From Lama guanicoe (lineage: Eukaryota): a stretch of DNA of 20,000 bases. The notes beneath the pieces were generated by a model. It was given only the letters and a program-made list of their open reading frames with translations, was not told the origin of the DNA and searched no databases. Location of the stretch: assembly GCA_013239625.1 (NCBI GenBank), contig MU053550.1:104270-124269 (forward strand). The letters run 5' to 3'. The translations under genes were made by a program, and so were the position numbers. Every line of letters starts with the position of its first letter. Within the stretch, counting starts at the first letter, position 1. This document shows positions 1 to 12,601 of the stretch, one piece after another.

Positions 1-27
1 AGATTTGGCTTTAAAAATGCCCTTTAG

Positions 28-267
28 TGATTGAGATTTGCAAATATTAACTACTATATATAAAAATAGCTTAAAAAACTAAATTTCTTCTGTATAGCAC
101 AGGGAACAATATTTAATATCTTTTAATAAACTTTAGTAAAAAATATGAAAAGGAATTCATACATATATATGTGAATATGAAGGACTGGAACACTGTGCTG
201 TACATCAGATATTGACACATTGTAACTGACTATACTTCAATTAATATATATATGTATATATCTATAT
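28..267 (+). mobile_element. 5'-truncated L1 3'UTR stub (cetartiodactyl/camelid type) with its tail converted to (TA)n
   Basis: Contains typical L1 3'UTR motifs (GAGATTTGCAAATATTAACTACTATATATAAAA; CTGTATAGCACAGGGAAC; TGTGCTGTACATCAGATATTGACACATTGTAACTGACTATACTTCAAT). Flanked by a probable TSD: AATGCCCTTTAG (16-27) / AATGCCCATCAG (268-279). Confidence 0.85.
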
Positions 268-370
268 AATGCCCATCAGCAGCATGTGAGTGTCACTGAA
301 AGCAGAAAGTCAGATGAATGGAGGCAGAGGTGGTTGGAGGAGCTACGTTATTTTGCTGGGGTGGATGCAG
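268..370 (-). mobile_element. Possible decayed L2 fragment interrupted by the L1 stub
   Basis: Joining 1-27 to 280-370 gives AGATTTGGCTTTAAAAATGCCC...GGAGGCAGAGGTGGTTGGAGGAGCTACG, which resembles recalled antisense L2 consensus. Highly diverged. Confidence 0.4.
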
Positions 371-1354
371 CCGGCATGACAGATATCTAGAAGGAATGCT
401 CACAATAGCCACTCACTTATCTGCAAGTGAGTTAGGTTAACAGCTTCCTGAAATCCTCCCCACCCCTCCTGATGAGTGTCTGGCGTTTTTCTGGAAATCA
501 CTAGGCGCAGCCTGGAACTCAAAGGTAAAAATTAAAAACTGCAGTCAGGCAGCGAAGAGACTGGCAGGATGCGTTGGACAAAAGTAGGTCAGAATCAACA
601 AGGAATGGGGAGGTGATAGAACGTGTGCTGAGGACCCTGACTTCAGGGGTGGATTGCCTATGTTGAGGACTCTGAGTCAGTATGAGTAGATGGATTGGTG
701 TGGACTAAAATGGTGGCCATTGTTCAGATAAGTGTGTGATTTGGAGTATATTTATTTGAGGAGGGTTTTTTTTTTCCCCCTTCAACATTGATCATTTCTA
801 GGGAGCAGAAAAATACTCTGTCACACAACATCTAAGTGCAAAAGAGATGCTACGGGATGATGGTGGTATGAAAAATTTCAGTACTGCAGTTTCAAGCTTT
901 CCTTAATGAGGTGCACAGCAGTAGGTACTTAAAATAAGGTACTTATAATAAAGACATCATCATATGTACATATCCTTAAAGATACACTTATGGTGCTATA
1001 AGTGGGCCTGAAATGTGTTCTGCATTCTAAAATCCGATGAAATAAAATCAGTAGCTCAATATGCTTGTCGGCTCTAAAAACATGATGTAGCTAATGATCA
1101 CAGAAAGCAAGATCAGCAAGGAAATTTGAGATTTGTCTTTTCCAGTGTCAAAGTTAATATTTTTTGCTTTACTTAAAAAGCATATTTTTAATTAAGGCTG
1201 TCAGCATCCATTGGTATACAGGGTTCAGTAGATGTGTTCAGATGTTCTAGACAGTGAATCAGAGCAAAGACTGAGGATTAGACAGTAGTTAAATGCCTCA
1301 CCCGTGTGATCAGCATCCACAAACTGCTATACTGAAAATCCTTAAAAGTGAGAA

Positions 1355-1655
1355 CTTCATTAAAGCAACGAAAAGTGAGGGGAAAAAATAGCCACAGAAT
1401 AGTGGAAGTTTTGTAACGTGTAAAAATGACAAAGGGCAATTCATGAGCATATTTTTAAAAACCCCTGCACTTTAGTAAGAAAAACAACAAACTGACAACA
1501 GGTTGCACACAGCTCCCTGTAGGAGAAGCCATGCAGATGGATTCTTATGTGAATGGGGCTGGAGATGTAGAATTAGTCTTGCAAGTAACTCAGTTAAAAA
1601 CAAATGCAAATGGGATACACTTCTAGACTATCTGAGTAAAAATCTTGGAAAACTG
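1355..1655 (+). mobile_element. Ancient L1 (L1ME/L1M5-like) ORF2 3' fragment
   Basis: Degenerate colinear match to the ORF2 segment also present at 5990-6250 and 11890-12150 (AAATAGCCACAGAATAG...TGACAAAGGG...TAAGAAAAACAACAAAC...ATGGGATACAC). Confidence 0.6.
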
Positions 1656-1659
1656 ACTC

Positions 1660-4600
1660 CTCTATGAAGCAATGACAATGGCAAAATTTATCAAAATTAA
1701 CCTCTGTAGAACTCTGGAAATTAAATCAAGGCTTCCATCAATCCAGGGAATGTTTATTTGAAGAAAAAATACAGCTAAATATCCATAAAGATAGTGAGTT
1801 TTGTGACATTGTAACTTGATCTATCCCATCCCTGTATCCTCACCTAAATGGTGGCCATTAAAACCAATAGTCTCACAATCAAGGTAGAGGCAGAAGCGAT
1901 TTAAAGTTACCCAAAAAATCCGTCCCCAGAGAGCTGTCACTATTTGACCTATCACAAACTCATGCTGTGAAAACAGCCTGTCCCCAGAGTGTGTGTGGAA
2001 AACAATCAGCAGTGAGTATCTAACATTACAACTGCCTGAGGCAGTGGTACCAGTAGAGGCTAACTAGATGCTGACTAGGAAACTTAGAAGGCAAAATTGA
2101 GTAATGAGACATTCTGGGGGTGAAGGTAGGGTTGAAAAGCTCCAAAAATTTCTGAGAATTGTAGAAGGCAGTACACATGTGTGGAACATGGCAAGGAAAG
2201 ATCTGAGAAAACCTTAAGCCTTCAACTCTGGCTGAACTTGAGGTTCTGCATAAGAAAGAACTAAAGGCTACGGAAGAGCTGCAGACTGCATGCCGGTGCT
2301 GAGGGCATCCCTCAGCACACGGACACACAGCCACCTGGCAACAGCTCAAATGATTGTCTCCAGGCATTGAAAGAAATCACTATCCAATCATTATTACAGT
2401 GATGACAACTAGGCTTTCTGCACACACACCAATCTCATGGCCATGCATGATAAAAAATACAGACTTTACAGAATTTGTTCATGAAAGTAAATAAATAGCT
2501 GCAGCAGCAACGACAATGGAATCAACAATAAACCCTGGAGATGAGGAAAATCAGGCTTTCAGATCTGCCACATTGTAATATTTTAAATGTCCAGTTTTCA
2601 ACAGAAAGTTACAAGGTGTACAAAGAAACAGAAAAGTTTGGCCATAACAGAGGGGAAAAAGTAGTCAATAGAAACTCCCCGAGGAAGCCCAGACACTGGA
2701 CTTACTAGACAAAGACATAAATAAGCAATTACACATATGTTCAAAAAGCTAACAGAAACCATGCCTAAAGAATTAAATTATGTGAACATCTCATTGTACA
2801 GAGAGTGTCAATAAATAAAATTTATACTAAAAACCAACTATAAATTCTAGAGATACAAATATAATGACTAAAATGAAAGCTTCAATAAGAGATTTCTCTG
2901 TAGATATGAACTGGTTGAAGAAAAAGTCAGTTAACTTAAAACTACTGAGATTATCCAACCTGTGGAACAGAAAGAAAAAAGATTTAAAAAAAAATGAACA
3001 CTGTGTCAGAGATAGTTGGGACACCATCAACAATACCAATACACACATAATGGGAGCGCCAGAAGGAAGGAGAGAAAAAAAGGGGCAAAAAGAATATATA
3101 AAGAAATAGTGGCTGAAAACTTCCCAAATTTGATGAACACATTAATTTGTACAGCCCAGCAGCTCAACAAACTCCACGTGCTATAAACATAGAGACATCT
3201 AAAATAGGCACATCAGACTCAGTATGTCAAAAGACAAGAATGAAGGACCTTGACAGCAGAAAGAGAAAAGTGGCTCAACTTATAGAAAGTCTCCTCAGTA
3301 AGACAGTTGATTTCTCATCAAAAACCATGGAGAGCAGAAGACATTGGGATGGTATCGTCAAAGTGATAAAAGGAAAAGACTGTCACCAAGCATTTTATAG
3401 CCAGCAAAATGATCCTTCAAAAAAATTAAAGGAGAAATTAAGACACCCCTACAAAAACAAAATCTGAAAGAAACCATTGCTAGCAGGCCTGCCCTACAAG
3501 AAATATAAAGGATAGTCCAGCAGGTGTAAATGAGAGGACACTCGCCTGAAAAATAAAAAGCACTACTAGATGAGTAAAAAAATAAAACAATATAAATAAA
3601 GTATTACATGTAAATGTTTTGTTCTATTTGATGTAAAGGACAACTGCATAAAACAATACTTATGAAACTGTGTAGATGTGCTTATAATGCATAAAGGTGT
3701 TATTAGTATCACAGTGACAGCATGAGGAGGGGGAGGGAAAAGACTGATACCAAAGCAAAGTTTTGGTGTACTATTGAAATTAAGTTGGCATTCATGTGAA
3801 CTAGATTGTTTAAAAACAAGACTTTAATTATAATCTCCAGGGCAATGGAGGAGAACTAAGGAGGAGGAAGAGGAGGAGGAGGAGGAGGAGGAAAATATAA
3901 AATAAACAACAAATTAAAATGGCACACTTGAAAATGCCTACTTTGTACAAAAAAGTGTAGTAATAGAATAATGGGGAAAAAAAGACATATAGAAAGCACA
4001 TAGCAAATGTAACTTCAACCTGATAAGAAATTACATTAATGTAATTGAATTAAACATTCTAATCAAAATATTAAATGCAGAAATAAATGGAATAGAGAAT
4101 AGATGAACAACAGAGAAAAATCAACAAAAAGAAAAGTTGGTTCTTTGAAAAGATCAACAAAATTGACAAATTTTTAGCTAGTATTAAAAAAAAGAGAGAA
4201 GATTCAAATTACTAATATGAGAAATGAAATGAAGGATGTCACTACTGCCCTTACAAAAGGAACAAGGAATATAAGGGAATACCATGGATAATTATATAGC
4301 CAATAAATGAGATAATCTGGATGAAATGGATAAATTCCTAGAAGGACATAAATGGCTGAAGCCAATTCAAGGAGAAATAGAAAACTCAAATTATCCTACA
4401 GTAATTAGTGACGGAAATAGTAATTGAAAACATTCCCAAAAGGAAATGCTAGGCCCGTATGGCTTTGCTGGTGAATTCCATCAACTACTGAAAGAAAAAA
4501 CAAAAACAAACAAAAAAAGAAAACAATGCTTCACAAACTCATCTTAACATAAAGAGGTGGGAACACTTCCCAATTCATTCAATGAGACTAGTATCAAACT

Positions 4601-6920
4601 GATACCAAAACCAGACAATGGCAACACAAGAAAACTAAAAACTATCTCTTATGAATATAAATGCAAAAATCCTCAACAGAATACAAGCAAATCTAATCCA
4701 GTAACATATAAAATAGACCACAATTAAGTGGGATGTATCCAGGTATGCAAAGGCAGTTCAACATACAAAAGTCAATATATGTAATACACCATATTAATAG
4801 AAAAATGGATAAAAACTAGGAATAGAAGAGAACTTCCTTAACTTGACAGAGAACATCTATGAAAAACCAGGAGCAAAGATCATACATAATGTTGAAAGAC
4901 TGAATTATTTCCTCCCACAATCAACATTGTACTAGAGGTTCTAGTCAAAGCAACCAGACAAAGAAAATAAAGCCTCTAGATTAGAAAGAAAGAAGTAAAT
5001 CTGTTTTGATTCCAAATGACATGATATTATATATTGAAATCACAAGGAATCCACAAAGGAAAAAAAAGAGAGAAAAGAAAAAATATCCTATTAAAATTAA
5101 TAACCCAGTCTGACCAAAACTGTAAGACACAAATCAATATATAAAAAAGTAATTATATTTCTATACAACAGCAGTGAATAATCTAAAAATAAAATGAAGG
5201 AATCATTTTCATTTACAATAGTATCAAAAATAATAAAATACTTAGGAATATTAAGAAAAATATGTGGAATACTGAGAAAAATGTCTGAAACTTGAATATA
5301 GAAAACTAAAATACTACTGATAGAAGTTAAAAATGACCTAAAATAAATGGAAAGCTCTTCTGTTTCCATGGATCAGAAGCCTTATTATTTCTAGGATAGC
5401 AATTGTCCTCAAAATGACCTATAGATGCAATGCAACTCTGGCTTTTTGGCAGAAATGAACAAGTTGATCCTAAAACTAATATGGAAATGCAAGATACCCA
5501 GAATAGTCAAAACAATCTTGAAAAAGAACAAAGTTTTGAAGTTTCCAAATTCAAAACTGACTAACAAAACTGTAATCCATAGAGTGTGGTACTTGCATAA
5601 AGGACAGAAAAATAGATTTAGAGAAAATTATTGAGTCCATAAACAAACTCTTACACGTAGCCATTTAATTTTTGACAAAGGTGCCGTGACAATCCAATGG
5701 GGAAAAGATAATCTTTACAAAAATGATGCTGGGACGCCTGCACAAACAACTGGAAAGAAAGAAAATTGAACTTTTATCTTAACACCATTTAAGAAAGTTA
5801 ACTGAAAATAAATCACAGACCTGACACTATAAAACTTTTAGGAAATGAACAATGAGAAAATCTTCAGGACTTTGGATTACAAATACTTGTAATAAATGAC
5901 ACCAAAAGCACAAACAACAAAAGAAAAAAAATCAAGTAAACTGGACTTAAGTAAAATTAAAAACTTCTGTGCTTCAAAGGACTACATCAAGAAAGTAAGA
6001 AGACAATCCACAGAATGGATGAAATTATTTCCAATATTTTCCCTGATAAGGGACTTTTATCCAGAATAGACAAAGGAGACTTAAAACGTGACAATACAAA
6101 GACCAATTAAAATGGGCAAAGAATTTGAATAGATGTTTCTCCAAAGAAGACATAAGAATGGGAAATAAGCACATAAAAAGATGTTCAACATCAGTAGGCA
6201 TTAGGGAAACAGAAATCAAAAGCACAATGACATGCCAATTCATACCAACTAGGATGACAAATATATATGATATATGATATATAAATATGTATCTATAAAC
6301 CCGGTAATAAAAAGTGTTGAGGATGTGAAGAAACTGGACTCCTCATACATTACTACTGGAAATATAAAATGGTGCAGTCCCTTTAAAAACTATTTCAGCC
6401 ATTCCTCAAAATTTTAAAAATAGAATACATCCCAGCAATTCCATTTTCTGATATATCCTCAAGAAAACTGAAAGTATGTGTTCACACAAAAACTTGTCCA
6501 TGAGTATTTGCAGCAGAATTATTCATCATCAACTGATGGATGGATAAGCAATGTGGAGTATTTATAACAATGGCATATTACTTGAACACAAAAAGGAATT
6601 TGGGTACTGTTATATGCTACAGCATGGATGAGCCTAGACAACGTCACACTAAATGAAAGACAACAATCAAAAAAGGCAGCATACTGTATGGTTCTACTTA
6701 TATGAAATGCCCAGAACAGGCAAATCTGTAGAGGCAGAAAGTAGAGTGGTGGCTGCTGGGGGCTAAGGGAAAGGAAGGTTAGGGACTGACTTACTAAAGG
6801 GTACCTGTTCCTTTTGAGGGTGATGGCTACAAAGCCCTGAAATGTACTTAAAACCCTAATGCACACTTTCAAAGGCTGCATTTTATTGTATGTGAATTAT
6901 ACCTCCATAAAGCTGTTATT
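1660..6920 (+). mobile_element. Old near-full-length LINE-1 (L1M4-type 5' end, L1MB-type 3' end), decayed, with internal deletions
   Basis: 5'UTR ~1660-2610. ORF1 relic ~2615-3540 (RDSWDTINNTNTHIMGAPEG; DFSSKTMESRRHWDGIVKVIK). ORF2 relic from ~4000 (TTCTTTGAAAAGATCAACAAAATTGACAAA; KLILKLIWKCKIPRIVKTILKKNK). L1MB-like 3'UTR ends TGTATGTGAATTATACCTCCATAAAGCTGTTATT at 6920. Confidence 0.9.
3859..3892 (+). repeat. (GAG)n microsatellite within the L1 inter-ORF region
   Basis: AGGAGGAGGAAGAGGAGGAGGAGGAGGAGGAGGA read directly from the sequence. Confidence 0.9.
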
Positions 6921-7586
6921 CTTGAAGCTAAGCCCACCTATGGAGCAACTGGCATAGCACTGACTGCGGCATCCGGAGGGGGAGGGAACCACCTGCCCAC
7001 CACGAAGGAGAGCAGCACCTGACCCGGTGTTGGAGGGGCACGATATTCTTGCTGATGGACACTGTGAGTAGCACAGACGAGGGGGCCAACAGAGCAAGCT
7101 GAGTTCGTGAAACAGGGCAAAGACACAAAGACCTCTCAATAAAATCATTAAGAGCACACAGTCTCTAGGAGAAAACTTCTATTTTTAAAATCTTTCTATA
7201 TCTGTTTTATTTTCTATTATCTTTTTAATCTTTACTTTTTAAACAGTTCTATATGTTTACAGTTCTCATTTCATTTTTAATTCTCTTGGTTTTGATCTGT
7301 TATTGATTATTCACAGGTTTCATATATTGTGTTTTGATTTTTTTCTTCTTTTTGTTAAGGCTTTTAAAAGACTTCTCAACTTGACTGCTATTCTGCTTCA
7401 ACTTGCTCTTCTATTATTGATTATACACTGTTTTCAAACCTTCTTTTCCTCCATTCTTTTAAAATTCTCTCTCTCTCTCGTTTTTAAGTTATATTTCCAC
7501 ATAGTCTTTAGATAGATAAATAAATAAACTCCTTTAAGGACCATAATAGATAACTGATACTCCTTAAGCCACAGTGCCAGAGATAT

Positions 7587-8510
7587 ATGAGCAGTATGAA
7601 AAAGCAGAGGAAGTATTCCCAATTAAAAGAACAAGAGAAATCCCCTGAAAGTATGATCAATGAAATAGACATTGATGGCCTACTAGATCAAGATTTCAAA
7701 AAGGAAGTGATCAAATTACTGAAGGAACTAAAAGAGATAGTGTTTAGAGACATTAAATATGTCAAAAACAAAATAGAAACTATAAAGAAGAGCCAATTAG
7801 AATTGGTAAATTCATTGGCTGAAGAGATCTGAACTCTGTAAAAATCAGGCTAGATTATGCAGAGGAACGAATAAGTGACCTAGAAGACAGGACAACAGAA
7901 AGCACCCAATCAGAACAGCTGAGAGAAAAACAAATATAAAACAAAACAANNNNNNNNNNNNNNNNNNNNNNNNNNNNNNNNNNNNNNNNNNNNNNNNNNN
8001 NNNNNNNNNNNNNNNNNNNNNNNNNNNNNNNNNNNNNNNNNNNNNNNNNNNNNNNNNNNNNNNNNNNNNNNNNNNNNNNNNNNNNNNNNNNNNNNNNNNN
8101 NNNNNNNNNNNNNNNNNNNNNNNNNNNNNNNNNNNNNNNNNNNNNNNNNNNNNNNNNNNNNNNNNNNNNNNNNNNNNNNNNNNNNNNNNNNNNNNNNNNN
8201 NNNNNNNNNNNNNNNNNNNNNNNNNNNNNNNNNNNNNNNNNNNNNNNNNNNNNNNNNNNNNNNNNNNNNNNNNNNNNNNNNNNNNNNNNNNNNNNNNNNN
8301 NNNNNNNNNNNNNNNNNNNNNNNNNNNNNNNNNNNNNNNNNNNNNNNNNNNNNNNNNNNNNNNNNNNNNNNNNNNNNNNNNNNNNNNNNNNNNNNNNNNN
8401 NNNCCTTTAGAATAGAAGGAGAGATATAGATTTTCACAGAGAAGCAAAAACTAAAAGACTTTAGCAACACTAAACCCATGCTAAAAGAAATATTGAAAGG
8501 TCTACTCTAA
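7587..8510 (+). pseudogene. L1 ORF1p relic (frameshifted near 7825; spans an assembly gap)
   Basis: MSSMKKQRKYSQLKEQEKSPE...LDQDFKKEVIKLLKELKE. The C-terminal part after the gap reads FRIEGEI*IFTEKQKLKDFSNTKPMLKEILKGLL, ending at TAA 8508-8510. Confidence 0.85.
7950..8403. other. Assembly gap (N run)
   Basis: Run of N inside L1 ORF1. Confidence 1.
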
Positions 8511-8925
8511 ATAGAAAAGAAGTAGGATGCTACAGAAATGAGAACTCTAACTGGAAAGGTGATAACTACCATGAATTACAAATAGAATAAACATGAAATT
8601 GTAAAAGAAGACATCTAAATCATTGAGTGGGAGAGGGAAGCAAGAAAATATAGAGTATTTTTTCTTTCTTCTTCTTCTGTTTTTTTAATTTTTTGTTCTC
8701 GGTAGGATGGGTTTGAGATTACATTACTATCTGTTTAGTACACACAGTTAGAGTAATTGGTTAACAGACTTACAAAAAAAGTGTAACCACAAGCCAAAAA
8801 CTTACAAGGGAGTCACAAAAACTAAATACAATCCAAGATAATACAAAGGAAATTTAGCATACCACAGAAGGAAGAAGAAAGGAACAGAGAAGAAATACCA
8901 AATCAACTGCAAAAATAAGTTCAAA

Positions 8926-11900
8926 ATAGCAATAAACACTCATCTATCATTAATTACTATAAATGTTAATGGACTAAATGCTCCAGTCAAAAGACAGAGT
9001 GGCAGACTGGATAATAAATCAAGAACCTTCAATACACTGTATACAAGGGACACACTTTAGGGAGAAGGACACATATAGATTGAGAGTAAATGGGCGGAAA
9101 AGGATAATCCATGAAAGTGGAAATGCCAGAAAAGCAGGTGCAGCAGTACAGATTTCAGACAAAATAGACGTTAAAACAAAGGCCATAAAGAAAGATAAAT
9201 AAAGACATTTTATGATTAAAGGAGCAATACAAGATGAGGGTATTATAATCATTAATATATATGCACCCAACATGAGCACCTAAGTACATAAAACAACTAC
9301 TAACAGAGATAAAGGGGGAAATTGATGGGAATACAATCAATGTCAGAAATTTTAACACCACATTAACATCACTAGACAGAACTTCCAGACAGAAAATAAA
9401 TAAGGCAACAGAGAAATTAAATGATACAAGAGAAAAAATAGATTTGGTGGATATTTTCAGAGCATTACAACCCCCCAAAATAGGATATACATTATTTTCA
9501 AGTGCACGTGGAACATTTACTAAGATTGGTCATGTACATGGACACAAAAGAAACCTCAACAATTTTAAGAAGATAGAAATTATCTCAAACATCTTTATTG
9601 ACCACAAAGCCACTGAAACCAGAAATCAACTACAGAGAAACAAAGGAGAAATAAAGGAAAGCATAGAGATTAAATAACATGCTATTAAAAAATCAATGGG
9701 TCAATGATGAAATCAAAGTTGAAATGAAACTATACCTTGAGACGAAAATGAAAACACAACCACACAAAACTTATGGGACGCGGCAAAACAGTGCTAAGAG
9801 GAAAGTTTAGGGCGATACAGGCCTTCCTCAGAAAAGAAGAACCATATGAAATAAACAATCTAACCCACCAGCTAAAAGAACTAGAAACAGAAGAACAAAA
9901 ACACCCAAAAGTCAGCAGAAGGAAGGAAATAATAAAGATCAGGGAGGAAGTAAATAAAGTAGACTTTAAAAAAATAAAGAAAATAATCAATCAAACCAAA
10001 AGCTAGATTTTTGAAAGAGTAAATTAAATCAACAAGCCTCTGGCCAAACTCACAAAGAAGAAAAAAGAGAGAGCACAAATTTGCAAAATAAGAAAGGAAA
10101 ATGGAGAAATTACAACAAATAACATAGAAATACAGAATATCATATGAAAATATTATGAAAAACTACATGAAAAAAATGAATAACCTAGAGGAGATGGACA
10201 AGTTTCTGGAAACATACAGTCCACCATGACTGAATCAAGAAGAAACCGACCACTTGAACAAACCGATCACTAGGAATGAAATTGAATTAACAATAAAAAT
10301 AATTCCCTACAAATAAAAGTCCAGACTGGACAGCTTCATCGGGTAATTCTACCACACATACAAAGAAGAACTCATACCAGTCCTTCTCAAACTCTTCCAG
10401 AAGATTGAAAAGAAGTAATATTCCCAAACTCATTCTATGAAGCCACCATCACCCTGATACCAAAACCAGGCAAAAACACCAGCAAAGAAGAGAATTAGAG
10501 ACCAATATCACTGATGAACAGAGATGCAAAAAGTCCTTACCAAAATACTAGCAAATAAAATCCAACAGCACATAAAAAAGATTGTATATCATGCTCAGGT
10601 GGGGTTCATCTCAGGGACACAAGGGTGGTTCAACACATGCAAATCAATCAATGTAATACTTCACATCAACAAGAAAAAGGACAAAAACCACATGATTATC
10701 TCAAAAGATGCAGAAAAGCTTTTGATAAAATTCAACACCCATTTATGATAAAAATTCTCACCAATGTGTGTATTGAGGGAACATAACTCAACATCATAAA
10801 AGCTATATATGGCAAACCTACAGCCAGCATAGCACTCAAGGGTGAAAAACTCAAAAACTTCTCACTAAAATCTGGGACAAGACAAAGATGCCCACTATCA
10901 CCACTCCTATTCATCATAGACATGGAAGTCCTGGATAGAGCAATCAAGCAAGTAAGAAAAGTAAAAGGGGTCTAAATTGGAAAAGAAGAGGTAATAGTGT
11001 CACTATATGCAGATGACACAATACTATATCTAGAAAACCCTAAAATGTCCACAAAAAGCTACTAGATCTGATCGAAGGATTTATCAAGGTAGCAGGTTAC
11101 AAGATTAAGGTTCAAAAATCAGTAGCATTTATTTACACTAATGATGAATCAACAGAAAAAGAAGTAAAGAAACAATCCCCTTTAAAATAGCACTGAAAGT
11201 AATAAAATATCTAGGAATAAATGTAACCACAGAGGTAAGAGAATTATACACAGAAAACTATAAACCATTGGTGAAGGAAATTAAAAAAAAATTTAAAAAA
11301 TGGAAAGGTATCCCATTCCCTTGGATTGCAAGAATCAATATTGTTAAAATGGTCACACTGCCCAAGGCAATCTACAGATTTAATGCAATCCCTATCAAAT
11401 TACCCCGGACATATTTCATAGAACTAGAACAAATCACAATAATATTTATATGGAACCAACAAAGACATAGAACTTCCAGAGCATTAATGAAGAAAAAAAG
11501 AAAGAGCCTGGAGGAATAACCCTCCCAGACTTTAGACAATACTATAGAGTTACAGTCATCAACACAGTATGGTATTGGTACAAAAACAGACATATAGACC
11601 AATGGAACAGAATAGAGAGCACAGAAATGAACCCACAAACTTTTGGTCAACTAATCTTCGAGAAAGGAGGCAAGAATATACAATGGAATAAAGACAGTCT
11701 CTTCAGCAAGATAAACATAAGACAAGATACAATAAACGTCCTAGAAGAAAATACAGGCAAAATATCTGACATACATCTCAGAAATATTCCCCTAGGGCAG
11801 TCTACCCAAGCAATAGAAATTAAAGCAAGAATAAAAAAATGGGACCTAATGAAACTTACAAGCTTCTGCACAGCAAAGGACACCATAAGTAAAACAAAAA

Positions 11901-12573
11901 GACAACCTACAGAATGGGAGAATATTTTTGCAAATGAAACTGACAAAGGCTTGATCTCCAGAATATATAAGAAGCTCATATGACTTCATAAGAAACAACC
12001 AAATAACCCAATCCAAACATGGGCAGAAGACCTAAACAATCAATTCTCCAAGGAAGACATACAAATGATCAATGGGTACAGAAAAAAAGGCTCAGTATCA
12101 CTAATTATCAGAGAAATACAAATCAAAATTACAATGAGGTATCACCTCAAACAAGTCAGAATGGCCATCATTCAAAAATCCACAAATGTCAAATGCTAGA
12201 GAGGCTGTGGATAAAGGGGAAACTCCTACACTTCGGGTGGGAATGCAGTTTGGTGCAGCCACTGTGGAAAACAGTATTGAGTTTCCTCAAAATACTAGGA
12301 ATAGACTTGCCATATGACCCAGGAATCCTGCTCCTGGGCATATATCCTGAAGGAACCCTACTTCAGGATGACACCTGCACCCCAATGTTCATAGCAGTAC
12401 TATTTACAATAGCAAAGACATGGAGACAGCCTAAATGTCCATCAGTGGATGACTGGCTAAAGAAGAGATATATTTATACAATGGAATACTACTCGGCCAT
12501 AAAAACTGAAAATATAGGGCCACTTGCAACAACATGGATGCTCCTGGAGAATGTCATTCTAAGTTAAGTAAGC
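8926..12573 (+). pseudogene. L1 ORF2p relic (endonuclease/reverse transcriptase), disrupted
   Basis: Start codon decayed to ATA at 8926, then (I)AINTHLSLITINVNGLNAPVKR. RT motifs [29 protein letters not shown] and YADD (11006-11017). C-terminal LVQPLWK...[14 protein letters not shown]...CTPMFIAVLFTIAKTW. Confidence 0.92.
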
Positions 12574-12601
12574 ACGGTAACAAGGAATAAAGAGAAGTTA
12601 C

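Larger units (their letters stand above)
6930..12573 (+). mobile_element. Younger lineage-specific (camelid-type) LINE-1: partial 5'UTR, ORF1 and ORF2, no 3'UTR or poly(A); inactive
   Basis: GC-rich then T-rich 5'UTR at 6930-7586, ORF1 ATG at 7587, ORF2 EN/RT/C-terminal motifs. Homology stops abruptly after CTAAGTTAAGTAAGC at 12573. Many stops and frameshifts. Confidence 0.95.

Noticed and set aside
655..760. TTGAGGACTC as a possible end of the next ANO6 exon (…CESSK)
   Set aside because: Similarity does not extend, and no MCPQCD or FWKL motif is present.
923..950. 14-bp tandem duplication AGGTACTTA(A/T)AATA
   Set aside because: Ordinary slippage duplication with only two units; not an array.
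1030..1130. GATGA/TGATG motifs suggesting a C/D box snoRNA
   Set aside because: No proper C box and D box pair with a terminal stem.
708..1859. Shared 14-mer AAATGGTGGCCATT at 708-721 and 1846-1859
   Set aside because: Does not bracket a coherent element, and the second copy is inside an L1 5'UTR; treated as chance.
7845..8479. Long minus-strand ORFs (200 and 189 aa)
   Set aside because: Artefacts of reading through the N gap, antisense to L1 ORF1.
2026..12567. Many short ORFs as independent genes
   Set aside because: All are fragments or antisense frames of decayed L1 5'UTR, ORF1, ORF2 or 3'UTR.
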